This document shows, piece after piece, positions 1 through 12,932 of a stretch of 64,000 nucleotides of DNA; positions within the stretch are counted from its first letter, which is position 1, and every line of letters begins with the position of its first letter. The notes under the pieces were generated by a model. The model ran no database searches. It saw only the letters and a program-made list of their open reading frames with translations, and was not told the origin of the DNA. A program made the position numbers and the translations under genes. Origin of the DNA: Nemertoderma westbladi (taxonomy: Eukaryota; Animalia; Xenacoelomorpha). The stretch is taken from assembly GCA_032718475.1 (NCBI GenBank), contig JAUCBJ010008622.1, forward strand, positions 1 through 64,000. Reading direction: 5' to 3'.

Positions 1-74
1 CTCCAGAACAGTATTAAACTGTATTTAATGCCTACACTTGCAACCTTATTGCTTACTGCAATAAGATTATAAAC

Positions 75-1132
75 TGTTACTGTTCGCGCTTTTGAAGACC
101 TTTAGCAGTTTAACCTGCCAAAATTTATATGTCTTTTAGTTAATTATAACCACTTTAGCATACGACAATAATTTATGCTAATACGCAAAACATTAGCCGA
201 AGTCAGCCCATGCGCGATCATTCACCCGATGGATCTACACCCGGGAGACTGAATTCGGATGCTTGAATTGTATTATTACAGTGTAAGGTTGTAGTGTATA
301 CCTAATGTATTATTCGATAGATCGTTAATAATTAATCTCTGACAGATATTATTGGCTTTCGGGAAATATTAACAGTTCCTTTAGGACGTGGCGCTTTACC
401 TATTTAAACAGAACTAAGACTTATACTAAACGCAACGATACTGCTGCTGATTAAAGTATAAAACGTATTCTTTAGGAAATACTTTGTTACCAATCACAAT
501 CATACACACTATTCTGCCGACAGTCAGTATATTTGATCACACATAAAGAGAGCAGTAATTGACTCGCGTAGGGTCTGCTAAATAACATTGGATTCAATAC
601 ACACCACATTAATATAAATCGCAATTGTTATATATAGCCGGTCTCTCTAACCTGTAGTGTTATCAAGAAAATTGGGAATTGGGTGATTTATCCGTATTAT
701 CCAAATAGCAATATTTCCATCAACAAATATTTACAATTAATAACTGACGGTAAAATAACAGTACAAACAATATGATTAATGAGTTAGGTGATATTCGATT
801 CGTGAGATTAGTTAGGTAACAGTTTATACTTTCGATAATTCAAGCAGTTCTGCAGTTCACGGTACAGCAGTATCTATCTAAAAATGCCGGTGTTTCTGGC
901 TTAGACAGCAATAACAACAAAAGTAACAACTCTCTCTCTCTCTCCAGTCAGACGAACACTCTCCTTATGATCGGCAGGAAAGCTACACGTCGACAGGAAA
1001 AACCGCCCTGATTGGCCCAAGCCAAACAAAGAACCACGCGGCCAATGGCTGTTTCCATGTCAGCAACCAGCTGCTAGATGTCGTAATATGAATCATCACG
1101 GCTAAGCTGTGAAAGGTGGTTTGTGCATTACA
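75..1132. mobile_element. possible LTR-like segment
   Basis: Non-coding stretch starting TGTTAC (75) and ending ATTACA (1132), with CCAAT motifs and a (CT)n tract. No TSD, PBS or second copy found. Confidence 0.2.
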
Positions 1133-1504
1133 AGTTTTTGTCTTACCATGTCCGCTAAAACACGTATATAGCAGAATGATTTTTATGTCCGTTAAAACAC
1201 CTGTAAAGGTACCTTGCGGGCGAGGGGAATATATCTACAGTTAGAAAACCTTTTAGAGTATTCCAGCGCCTGTGGGGAAACTGGATTGCGAAGCAAAAGG
1301 GGCCAGTTATATCCCACAGAAGCTTTTACAATGTCGCCGAAGCAATTCTGTCCTCTTGGAAAATCTTAAGAATCGAGTAGAATTATTTAATCCGCAAATA
1401 TGAATGAATATTCTATCATATATCAAAATATCAATTATTGAAAACATTTATAAATCACTTTGTAATTTATAATTGTTATATTAATGGCAAATGACATCAA
1501 GGCT

Positions 1505-2822
1505 CTAACTTTGGACTTTGTACTTCATGTACATAATACAGCTGATGAAGCTAATGATGACGGGAATACCAAACAAACTAATTATGGATGAAGCCATAGG
1601 AAACCCATATGAGTCAGTCAAGACGCCGCCAATTAATGGTCCTGTTATGTGACCAATAGCGTAAGCTATACGATTCCCCGCCTGCAAGACTGTGTGAGTG
1701 TCTACATTGTCAGGGCAAGCCAACTGGTCTATAGCTAATCTAGTCTGTAGACCAAGACTTGGGGTTTTTGACAACCCGAACGCTATACCCAATAGGAAAC
1801 AACCCAGTAAAGAAAGAATGAAACTCATTGCGTTTGTTTCAGGGTTTGATAGGAGAAAAGGCGAAGGCCCTAGCAGGATTATAGCTAGAATTAGTCCAAA
1901 GAAACCGCTCAGTGTGACCGCCATAGGATTGAACTGTGGAAAGCGTTGCATAATCCCGCTAAGGGTTAACCCTATAGCAGCTGTTGTGATTGGATCAATT
2001 AGGAATATTCTTCCAATTGTAATCTGATTGGTTTTATAGGCTTCAAACAGATGTGTTGCATATTCAGCACCATAGAATCGGTAACATTGTCCAGCGTGAA
2101 CTTGTAGGATTGCGATTAATAAAATTGGAACGTGGCAGAAGATTCCAATCCCGTTGTTTTTATCATCTTCATCTTCTCCGTTTGTCGCTCCTTCTATATG
2201 ACGCGGAGACTCAATTAGACAATATAGGGTGGATAAACCGATGATAGCCCCAAATATAAAGAACGGTGCCTTGAAGCCTAAAGCGTTGTACAACATTGAC
2301 CCAAATACTGGGGCTAACATTCCCGCTACGCTGGCTGCAATAAGAGAGAACCCAGCTAGAAATACCCGATACCCTGGGAATAACTCCATTAACAGACTGT
2401 ATGTGTAGATAAAGGTGATAGTAAGTCCCACGCCGTCTATAACACGGAGGGCAAAACACACGACAATGTAGATGATATCGTTTGAAATGAGATCGATTAG
2501 GCCGAATCCAGTTACACCCACTGTGCCAGCAAAGCTGCAAACCCCGAATACAAAACGGGAAATCCAACAAGTTACTCTTCTGGTCAGGAATATGAATATC
2601 AGCAGTTTGGTTATGGAGTAAGCGGAGTATAGTGCGCCTATAAGCGTTTGGGACCATCCCCGCTGTTCTTTGGCAATAATTGGGAAAAATGTATCTGGCA
2701 TGTATAGACACATGGCGGGCAGTCCCTGGTATAGTATACTATACTGTACCTAAGGCAAAGGTTCGTTTGGTGTAGGTGGGCGGGGCATCTGATAGGCGTT
2801 CATATTTCGTACCATCAACCAT
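1505..2822 (-). CDS. MFS transporter, SLC18B1-like, intronless; apparent frameshift near 2740
   Basis: 402-aa ORF 1505-2713 with many hydrophobic segments and family-like motifs (PDTFFP..A..RG, GMLAPVFGSMLY..LGFKAPF, GHITGPLIGGVLTDSYGF). An upstream ATG at 2822 (MVDGTKYERL...) is one base out of frame. Confidence 0.85.
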
Positions 2823-2989
2823 GGCCAAGTTAATATAGTAAATGTTATTATAATATATATTGCAATAGTTTATGGAATACTTATAAATAAAATTGTCAAT
2901 ATTAATTCTAGGACCTGTGTCTGTATTCTAGCTTTATAATAATAATATATGGTGTGTTCTACAAAATAAAATAATATGTAGATAAGCAT

Positions 2990-4405
2990 ACTACTGTTAC
3001 TACTACTACTACGACTACTACTATCGGCGTGCTGCATTGCAGCTGCATTATATATATTATATATAATATATATGAAGAATGATGGGCCGGCTTGTTGACA
3101 AAATTGCTCCGCCATAACTCCCTATCACCCATGACATTTGTTAGATCATCCACATCTTCAAGGCCAATGTCCTTTAAGATCCGTCTCATAAAAGTAATGT
3201 CTAGGCTGTCTGCCAAGCTTACTCTCTCCATTAGGCCGCCAAAGCACAAGATAATGTGTTGACTGGCCCTCATGGCGAAAAAAATTCCTTCGGATCCAGG
3301 CGGATCCGTTCAAGTTTCGAGCTAGTGGAGACTAGTGAAACACTTCCAATAATGTCGTATAGAGTCTGATTGGAAATTTGTTCATTGTACTTGAAGAAAT
3401 GAACCTGGTGCAGCATTCGTGTGAAAGTGCCATCCCGAGATTTGGTATCCTCTGCAGTTATAGGCCAGCGTTAGTATTAGTACTACTGCTGTCTTAAATA
3501 ATCGAACATTGAGGTTCTGTTTTATTTCATGGGAATATATGGGAATATTTGGGAATATTTCATGTTTTATTCCAAATCCTGGACAGAAAATTCAATGCTG
3601 TCATACCTTCCCCTTACGTATCAGAAGGTTACACCTGACTTGCTGATCCATGATCCCAAGTAGCAGAAGTCATCCACCCACATGCTAATGCAAACCATCC
3701 CTGGAGCTTTTGCCCTTACGATCAGACATTTCTCGGGCACTGTCGGTATACTGTCATATTTCTGGTCTAATTGCAATTTATAAAAAGACCAACACTAGAA
3801 GCAACCTGCTCCAATGAGCAGAGGAGCCTTTGGGCTACCTCTAGTGATTCTGACAGCACCTCTAAGTCATTAAATCTAGATCAGTAAGTTACTCTGCTTG
3901 ATTTCCTCTACTTATTGTCCCAGGAGTGGGTGTTACCATCACCCCCCACCTTTATTAAGATGGTCTAAGGACATGTGTAGAACTTAAGCAACCACAATTA
4001 CGAATAAGAATGGTGTTAGCATGTCACCCTGAAGGACTCTCCATAAGACTTTGAATGGATCCGTGTCACCGTCAGCAGTAGACACAAACGTGGTGAAACC
4101 ATCGTACAGTGATCTGATAGATGCAACTATTTCCTCAGGAATCCCATATGCTGCAATTATCCTGACCATGGTTGGGAGGCTGAGTCGATGGCCTTGAAGA
4201 ATTTAAAAAAGATAATAGCCAGACGTTGGTCTTTCTTTGTTGATAACTCTTCGATTATCCTTCTAACTGCCAGAATAGGCTCCATGGTCTCACGACCTTT
4301 ATGGAACCCATTCTGATTTCCACGGAGCAGTCTCTCAATGGGATCCCTGATGCGATTTAATAGAATTCTATTGTATAGCTTTGCAGCAATCGAGATCAAT
4401 GAGAT
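2990..4405 (-). mobile_element. RTE-clade LINE, 5'-truncated and decayed (copy 1)
   Basis: Fragments ISIAAKLYNRILLNRI, QNGFHKGR, VLQGDMLTPFLF, LWRSNFVNKP are homologous to 14408-16095. Ends in a (TAG)n tail around 2990-3022. Confidence 0.9.
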
Positions 4406-4654
4406 TCAATTTGGATTGTGTGGATTGTGTGGGTTGTGACGTTCCTTGTATAGCCCTACACGTATTGCGCGTAGATTCACATCTACCGGTTTAGTGTTTT
4501 GGTTATTTGGACTTGGCCTACTGGGTGTGTTGGGATTGTATTTGTTTGTGTTATTATTTTGTCCCTGTTCAACGTTCGTGCCACGGTGTGGCCCTACTCC
4601 CAGCTATCTGTGGACTTGCAGTCCCCTGTGTCGCCGCGTATGGTAGCGATTGTC
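4406..4654 (-). mobile_element. probable continuation of BEL/Pao gag beyond the Kolobok-like insertion
   Basis: Removing 4659-8923 and one TSD joins gag ...ANALPKL to RQSLPYAATQG. Composition and Asn/Pro-rich coding resemble the gag region. Confidence 0.5.
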
Positions 4655-4897
4655 TTATGGGGGGGGGGGGGGGGGGTACACCCCCCTCAGGTCAAAATTT
4701 TCGTTTTTTGTTTTTTTATTTCATCCAGAGTAGAATTTAATGCGGATTTGAAATCTGGAAACGGCTTAGCGAGATCTCTTTTACTTCTCGAGTAATGGCT
4801 GGTTTTCCGTCTGTATGTCTGTCTGTCTGTCCATCGAAATATTAAAAAGGGCATAAAATAAGCAATCTGAAATGTTTGCTGTTAGGATTTTTCTTAA

Positions 4898-6327
4898 CCC
4901 TATTACCACTGGGGTGTTTTGACCATTAGCACCACTGGGGGGGGGGGGGGGGGGGGGGGGGCGATTCGACCCACCCACTATATTTTTGTAGTCGTCCAAT
5001 GAAATCCTACAAAATTTGGGCTGTTGGTGAAACAACTATAGATGAGCACTACCAAACCTTAAAAAGTTAAAATTTCATAAGCTGGGACTCATAATTTTGA
5101 TGAAAAATAAAAGTAGTCCCAGGACAAAATTACAAAATTTTTCGTTTTCTAAAAACTAATAGTGTGGCAGTGTTGGCTAGATTTAGTAGGTTTTTCAAGA
5201 CGCTGAATCGAATGTGATTATATTCCACTTTCAAAAATTGAAGTGGATGCTATTTTTCGTGCACCTAAGAAGTGGGCGTGGCACTTCAAATTTTGAAAAA
5301 TACGAGATTCGGAAAATAAACCAAAATTGAAATTTTAACGAATTTATATAGGTTTTCCAGACCGCTGAATCGATTGAAAGTAATATAGAAGCCCGAAGAC
5401 TTAGAAGTTAGCCATTTTTTGAAATCAAAACTTTAGTGTTTTTTCCGAATAAAGTAATTTTGAAAATTTGAAGTGCCACGCCCTAATTTTGGTGCACCGA
5501 AAATTACGTACACAAAGGATTTGAGGCTTCTATATTACTTTCAATCGATTCAGCGCTCCAGAAAACCTATAAAATTAATTTGAAATCAAAACTTTAGTGA
5601 ATTTTCCGAATCTCGTATTTTTCAAAATTTGAAGTGCCACGCCCTAATTTTGGTGCACCAAAAATGGCGAACCACTAAGTCTTCAGGCTTCTATATTACT
5701 TTCAATCGATTCAGCGCTCCAGAAAACCTATAAAAATGCTTTGCAAATCAAAACTTTAGTGTATTTTCCGAATCTCGTATTTTTCAAAATTTGAAGTGCC
5801 ACGCCCTAATTTTGGTGCACCAAAAATGGCGAACCACTAAGTCTTCAGGCTTCTATACTACTTTTAATCGATTCAGCGCTCCAGAAAACCAATAAAAATG
5901 CTTCGAAATCAGAACTTTAGTAAATTTTCCGAATAAAGTAATTTTGAAATTTTAAAGTGCCACGCCCTAAATTTGGTGCTCCAAAAATGACGTACCACTA
6001 CACTTACATACTTGTATAGAGCATTAGAGTGATCCAAACCAATAAAAATAAATAAAAATAGCCCAAACATAAATAATTACTAAATCACGAATGACTTTGT
6101 AAAATTCGAAAATTTCAAAAAATTTGGTGCTGGAGACCAAATTTTGAGGTGGCACCCACATCGAAAAGTAGAAATCCAATTGCAACGTCGTTTTTTGCAA
6201 AAGATGCGGCATTAAATTTGGCTAATTCTCACAAAAAATTGGGCCGGTACGTAATGTGGTTGCATAGTTACAGCAACTAAAAACTAGGAAGGGGCCGATT
6301 CGCCCCCCCCCCCCAGTGGTAATAGGG
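4898..6327. mobile_element. piggyBac-like non-autonomous element
   Basis: TTAA|CCCTATTACCACTGGGG ... CCCCAGTGGTAATAGGG|TTAA: 17-bp TIR and TTAA TSD. No ORF. Confidence 0.88.
5430..6000. repeat. internal tandem repeat, unit about 170-180 bp
   Basis: AAGTGCCACGCCCTAA(T/A)TTTGGTGC recurs at about 5471, 5632, 5794 and 5956. An inverted related copy lies at about 5200-5420. Confidence 0.8.
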
Positions 6328-6520
6328 TTAACGTCGATGTCTGTTTTAATATTTGGAATTATCTAATCACTATGTCTGTATCTCAGTCTGTCTCTCAGTT
6401 TGTCTGTCTGTCTGTCTGTTTGTATGTCTGTCTGTCTGTCAACATGTCCGTCAAATTTTAATTAATATATATTTAATAGATATTTGTGAGTTTTGTATTA
6501 CATATTGAACAGTTGTCTAA

Positions 6521-7932
6521 TAGGGTGGTGCGTTTTTTGCTTTTTTTCGATTTCATTGTTCTACCGGTGCACAAAAGTTGCCAAATGGTAAAAAAATAAG
6601 GCAAAAAAAATTTCATTACATTTCGTCTCTATCTTCACGGATCCCAAGAGGGTTGAAATTCTGAGCCATCGCAATGCGCCATAATGAAATTTATAGCAAT
6701 ATAACACATTAATGAAAGATCAATGATTCAAGAAAGAACTTCATGCATGCATCAAATGTCATCAAATGGCTCCAAACTTAGTTAGAAAACAAAATTTTAA
6801 TTTTTGGATCAAGGTAACTAGTGCCACAGGCACATGGACAGAACCTACCATTTGGCACAAAGTGATGATATTTCTAAATTTTCGCGATGGCCAACTTTGA
6901 GTTCTCCTACTGCATTAATATTAAGCTCATTAGAACCGCAATGGCCGATTTAGTGGGGGTAGACACCTTCAAAACAAACGTAGAGCGAATAGTTCTTGAG
7001 ATATCGCAGAAAATGTGAAGTCCGGCACAAGTCTACACTACTGCCTTGATGCGATATGGAAAAATCCTCAAAAAATTTTATTTTGAATTATCTGAAGGAA
7101 TCAAGAATAGACACATCACTGCAACAAATTGATTTAGTGTATACAGACACCTTCAAAATTAAAGAGTAGTGAATAGTTGACTATAGTTTTTGTACAAAAT
7201 GTGTGGAATGGGTCAACTGAATATCAAGTATTAATTGGTGGATATAGTCTTGACATTTTGTAAAATAACTCAAGAACTGATGACTCTACTCTTCATTTTA
7301 AAGGTGTCTACACCCATTACATTGATCATTTCTGTGATGTGTCTATTCTTGGTTCCTTGAGATAATTCAAAATAAAATTTTTTGAGGATTTGTCCATATC
7401 GCATCAAGGCGGTAATGAAGACTATGTGCCGGACTTCACATTTTCTGCGATATCTCAAGAACTATTCGCTCTACGTTTGTTTTGAAGTTGTCTACCCCCA
7501 CTAAATCGGACATTGCGGTTCTAATGAGCATAATATTAATGCAGTATGATAATTCAAAGTTGGCCATTGCGAAAATTGAGAATTATTATCACTTGCGCCA
7601 AATGGTAGGTTCTGTCCATGTGTCTGTGGCACTAGTTCCCTTGATCCAAAAATTAAAATTTTGGTATCAAACGAAGTTTGGACCCATTTGATGACATTTG
7701 ATGCATGCAGGAAGTTCTTTCTTGGGTCATTGATCTTTCATTAATGTGTTATATTGTTATAAATTTAATTGTGGTGCATCGCGAAGGCTCAAAATTTCAA
7801 CCGCCTTGGGATCCGTCAAGATATCGATGAAATTTAGAGAAAATTTTTTTGCCTTAATTTTTTACCATTTGGCAACTTTTCCGCACCGGTAGAACAACGA
7901 ATTCGAAAAAAAGTAAAAAACGCACCGCCCTA
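6521..7932. mobile_element. hAT-type non-autonomous foldback element with ~650-bp inverted arms
   Basis: 8-bp TSD TTGTCTAA at 6513-6520 and 7933-7940. Ends TAGGGTGGTGCG / CGCACCGCCCTA. Arms about 6521-7175 and 7275-7932 are reverse complements. Confidence 0.9.
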
Positions 7933-8063
7933 TTGTCTAATGGACTAGTTGTCTACTACTAATAACAAATGTGAGCTATCATATAACAATAGCTAGTAAT
8001 AATAATTCTGGAAAACAACCATAAACTTATTTTTTTTTTAATTCCGCAGGCTCTGAGAATAAT

Positions 8064-8275
8064 TCACGTGCTGCGCGAAGTCTTCATGTGCAGCATGAAC
8101 TTTTCATGTGCCACGTGAAGGCTTCTCATTCTGATCAAAAAGCTTTCCGAGGTGCTCGATTAATTAACGTGCTTTATGAAGAATTTAAGTGCTACGTGAA
8201 ACCTTCACCTGCTGCGCAAATGTCTCACGTGCTGCGCGAAGGTTTCACGTGCTGCGCAATGCTTAATGTTCTGTG
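8064..8275. repeat. degenerate ~20-bp minisatellite (TCACGTGCTGCGCGAAG core)
   Basis: About ten units at ~20-bp spacing, plus an isolated copy near 8418. Confidence 0.65.
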
Positions 8276-8927
8276 TAAAGGCTTATTGTAAAATTATGTG
8301 GAAATTTTTATATAATTTTGAATGTTTCTTTTGAGGTTGTCTCATTATTCCATGACTATTTATTACTAAATTACGAAATAGTATGCTATCAAATCAATAC
8401 GCCAAAATGAAATATGTTCACGTGCTGCGCGAAGTGTTTTTTGGCAAGCACTCTAAAATTATTTTAAAAGGTTGTTAAAAGTGGGTAGGGGTTTATTTGA
8501 TCCAAATTTCATTAAATCACATCGATCACATCCATTGAGAAATCACAAAATATGGATAGGGGATCCAATGGGAAAATAAAAGGAGATACCAGTACTGAAA
8601 ATAGAACATTTGAAATATATTGTTCTTAAACTTTAAATGCATTTATCTCGGAATTGTATTTTTCACATTCAAAATACTACTACTCAGCCATTTCTTAACC
8701 AATTTTCGAATTTTTTTTTGTTTGATTTCTTTTCGGGTTTTGATCAAAAGTTATCGGTTAGAATTTTGAATTGTGCCATATTAATTTCTTGAAATTAGTT
8801 AATATCTATTAAGTAATAATTAATATTAGTTAATAATATAAAATATACAAAATTACACACAAGCAGAAATTCTAGCCATTTTCAAAAAAGGTCCATAGGG
8901 GGGTGTACCCCCCCCCCCCCCCCTTAA

Positions 8928-11900
8928 TTTTGGTAACGCATTTGCCGCACTATGCTCTGGTTTTGGCCTGTTGTATTCGGTCTTCGGCGCCCTCCCAAGG
9001 CTATCCTCGCTGTACACTGGGTCCGTGATAAGTTCTGCTTCATAATTGAGGAAGTTCGACATTTCCTCTAGGCCCGGTTCCGCACCTTTCTTCTCCCGGG
9101 TGGAGAAGGCGATCTTCCTCCACTTATTTCTTAGCCAGATTGGCAGTGCCTGTGCTATCGTGGTGATGTTATTCGATGCGTTCAGTTCGTAAGGCGCATC
9201 CAAGGTCTTCAGCACAATCAGCGCCTTTCCGACTTTATTCGCGAAAGTCTTGCTGACAGGGTTATCATGTATGCCACCCGATGTTATTCCCCTCAAGGTT
9301 TGCCGGATGATCTTGGCAGGGTGTCCGTATTCCCTGTCTAGGGCCCGCCATGTAGTCGTGAATCCACCCTCGATACCTTGATACTGCCTTACGATGTCGT
9401 ACGCTGGGCCCCCAGTGTAAACTTGTAAATATTTTAGGCACTCCGCCTGTGTCAGATTCTTTGTTAATATTTCATTACTGTACATTCAGAATTGCAGGTA
9501 TTCTTCCAGTCTGCTTCCATCGAATTTGAACGGCTCCACTGGCGGCAGCTCAATCCTGGTCTTAAGCGCATCGAAGAGTGTTGCCATTCCCATCGCCTGT
9601 ACTTCTAGTGGGCTCGATGGATGCTGTACAGACTCTCCTGTTGCTCGGTGCGGTTCGCCCGTCGGGCCTGTCGACCTCTTCTGTGTTGGATATATCATTG
9701 GGGATAACGGTCCCCTCCATATCTCTGTATCACACGATCTATTTTGGTCTGAGGGGTTTGGGGTTTTTGTTCTTGGTTGAGTACATTGCTGATATTGTAA
9801 TGGGGGAATGTCACCATGCCCCCCCCCCCCCCCCCCCCCCATCGGTGCTATATTTGGTATTGGGGTTGATGTTACCATGTTAGGGCCCATACACCTATCG
9901 GCAATAGCTCCCCCCTCCCCTGGGTATATGTTATATCCCTGCATATTATAGTCATACTGGTGTGCTGGTACTGGTATAGGCCTATCCGCCTCTTGCCTAC
10001 CTACCGGTATGTACGCCGCGACTTCCGGATCTAATCCCGTTGTCCGCGCTACCCTATCGCCTACACTATCTCTTCCAGCATGGTCTATAGTATGTGCAGT
10101 AAGGCCTACAGTATGTCCTGCAATCTGCCTGTGTCCTTCTGTACCGAAGTTTAATCTTCTTGAATATTCCAAGAAGTCCTCCCTGCGACTACCGTATTCT
10201 CGATAGGCAGCTATATCCCGTCGGGAAGTTTCTCTTCGATCCCCTCTCCTGTCCTCGTCCTCGCACCAGTACATCCTGTACCCTTCTGCCGGTGTGTGGT
10301 ATATCTCACCAGGCTGCATCTCTCCGGGGCGATGGCAATCTCCCAAAGTTCGACCCCACTGACTCTCAAACTCCATCTCTGCTACCGACGGTTCACTGTC
10401 CGTCCTTCCTCTCCGGTTGCTCGTAGCAACACTTCTTCTATTCTCTTCACTTCTTCTCTCTTCAGTGTAGCGATCCCCTTCGTGAGATCTCTCTTCGACC
10501 TCCCGGATAAACTCCACTGTTCTTCTTCCGTCTTCCGACTGGGCTCGACGTCTTGTCGCTTGCCCACTCACGGCGCCAACCTCTCTCTCTCTACCCGGTT
10601 GGACGCTCCTGGGGATACTCGCAATCCCCCTACTATTCTCTGTCATCGGGTGTCACGGTTCACCTAACTCGCCCCTCGCAATATCCGCCGATGCTTGTGG
10701 GATATTCTCTGCCCCCCCCCCCCCCTCTCGCCACTAATCTCTCATGGTGGGGTGCCTGTAGCCCCCCCCCCCCCCCCCATTTGCCACCTCTTACTTCGCT
10801 ACTACGCCCCTCTCTAGTCGACACACTATCTCTACCCTGGCTGGGTCTACTCACCCCCGCCTCTCCCTGTGCGACTGCATAGCCTGCATAGCCTTGCAGG
10901 CTCCTGGTGGGTTGACTCACCCCCACTACTCCCTATGCGACTGCGTGGCCTTGCAGGCTCTCATTGGGTTGACTCACCCCGCTACTCTCTGCATAACTAT
11001 GTGGCCTTGCAGGCTCTCGCTTGTCGGACCACCTGTCTCCCCTACATTCGTATTAATATCACCGTTATTAACAACATTATTTTGATTAATTTCCCCTGGG
11101 CCACTATTTAGCGCAATATTGTTACCTAAATTATTATTTAAATAATTATGTTCAGAATTGGGGTTGTTATTTGGATTACTTTGTGCATTTAAATTAGAAT
11201 TATTATTTGGATTATTTTGCACGTTTAAATTAGAATTATTTTCATTATTTTGCACATTTAAATTAGAATTATTTGGATTATTTTGCACATTTAAATTATA
11301 ATTATTTGGATTATTTTGCATATTTAAATTAGAATTATTATTAATGGGTAAAATATTATTTCCTGCAACAAAAGTTTGATTAGGGTTGTCTACTATGGTA
11401 CTATCAATATTAATTCCTTCTAATGTATTATTATTACCCCCCCCCCCCCCCCCCCCGCCCGTACAGTTACACCAGTCCTGGGTCTGTCACCCGGTGCCTG
11501 TAAGTGGGGTATTAACAAACGTCTCCATTACTTCTGGCTCCTCGTAAACACTACCCAAACCAGCCTCACTCTCCGATAATCCCAACTTCGCCAGTTCTAA
11601 CCGGCGCTTTTGCTTCGCATTGTATTGCATAAGCCCCCTTAGCCAGGTATGCATGTCATCCCGCATACGCTTTCCCGCTCTCTCTCTCTCTATGTCTTCT
11701 CTCAAACTTTGGTTTGCTGATTCTGCCTCCCTCGCCTCCTGCTCTCTACGCTCATTCACTTCTCTTGCCTCCGCTCTCTAAGCTCATTTGTTTCTCTCTC
11801 TACCCTCGCTGCCTCTTTCGCTTCTTGCGTTCGTTTATCTCTCTCTCTTCCTGCTCCCTACAGTTTCTCGCCACCCTCTCAGCTCTCTCTCTACATTCCC

Positions 11901-12932
11901 TCGCTAACTCTCTCTCTTTCTCTAATAGCGCGGTTCCCTCATCCAGTTGCCTCTCCAACTCTTGCTGATCCAGTGCCACAAGGTCTAGTTGACACGCCAG
12001 ATCTATCTCTAACACCCTTCTTGCATTTGTGGAGGATGTAGCAGACTTATCGGTCGCGACGGACTCCCGTCGCCCCTCTGTCCTGCTAACTTTCCCCCGC
12101 TTTCTGGGGTTCTCGCTAACCGACGACACCGAATCCTCGGGGTTAACCTCGGGTTCGCCGTCGTGCGGGTCCGCCCAACCCACTAACTTAATCCCCCTAG
12201 CATCCACTAAGTAAGGCCCTACATACACCACATCTGGCTCCATTACCCCGGATCGCCACAATTCAAACATTTCCGTGGCGACCCCTCTCGCTCTCTCAAT
12301 CGCCAGTTCTCCCTGTCCAAAACGGACTAAATAGCGAAAATGTTTATTCGACTCACCTAGCCTCTGACATAGTTTAGGCTGGTCCACCTTTCTCCCTTCT
12401 TTGGCCTCCTTAAGTAGTTTCTGGTTACATTATAGGCCCGTCATAGCCGATCACTCGTCCCGACGTCCTCTTTGCCGACTTTGCCTCCTCTCCTCATGCG
12501 GCGTCGTACCAGCGGCTCCACCGTCGCCGTTCCGGTGGGCTGTCCGTCGCCCTTGGCCTGTGGCTGGCCGGCGACTTCGGTACTCCGACCGCCGTCGTGC
12601 GTCGACTCATCTCTCCCTCGTGGTTGACGGCCGCCCTCCGCTTGGGTAGCCGGATCGTCTATCGTAGGCGAATCTGGTGTGACAGATGCCGCTCTGGGTA
12701 GCCGGATCGTTTGGTTGGTGCCATCCAGGGTCCTCTCTCCCTCTGGATCTCGGGGCTCCTGATCGCTCATCTCTATTGCTGTCTTGCAGTCACAGTGTTA
12801 GTTGGCAGTTAGACTCGGCAGTTAATGACTGTGACGGGATCGGAGATCCCGACCGGGGTAGATTTGTACGCGTGTACGCAGTCGTGCTAGTTGCTTTGGC
12901 CGAAGGCCATTGGGGAAAACGATAAGAGTTTC
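8928..12932 (-). mobile_element. BEL/Pao LTR retrotransposon 1: 5' UTR and decayed long gag
   Basis: IELPPVEPFKFDG...EYLQF*MYSNE...LKYLQVYTGGPA...LDREYGHPAKI...LRNKWRK...LITDPVYS is a typical BEL gag core. Upstream ORF pieces are broken by stops and frameshifts. Confidence 0.85.
11150..11345 (-). repeat. 33-nt coding tandem repeat (QNNPNNSNLNV)n in BEL gag
   Basis: About five units visible in ORF 10974-11321. Forms an AT-rich island. Confidence 0.8.

Larger units (their letters stand above)
4659..8923. mobile_element. non-autonomous TIR element, Kolobok-like (GG..CC ends, TTAA-type TSD), with nested insertions
   Basis: Left end TTAT|G(n)TACACCCCCCT; right end AGGGGGGTGTAC(n)|TTAA. Inverted termini; TSD TTAT/TTAA has one mismatch. 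Interrupts the BEL gag. Confidence 0.7.

Noticed and set aside
4659-4961. Long G/C homopolymers (also near 9820, 10760, 11440, 22255, 37800) as functional G-quadruplex or poly-Gly/Pro coding
   Set aside because: Run lengths are unreliable in assemblies and all lie inside decayed elements.
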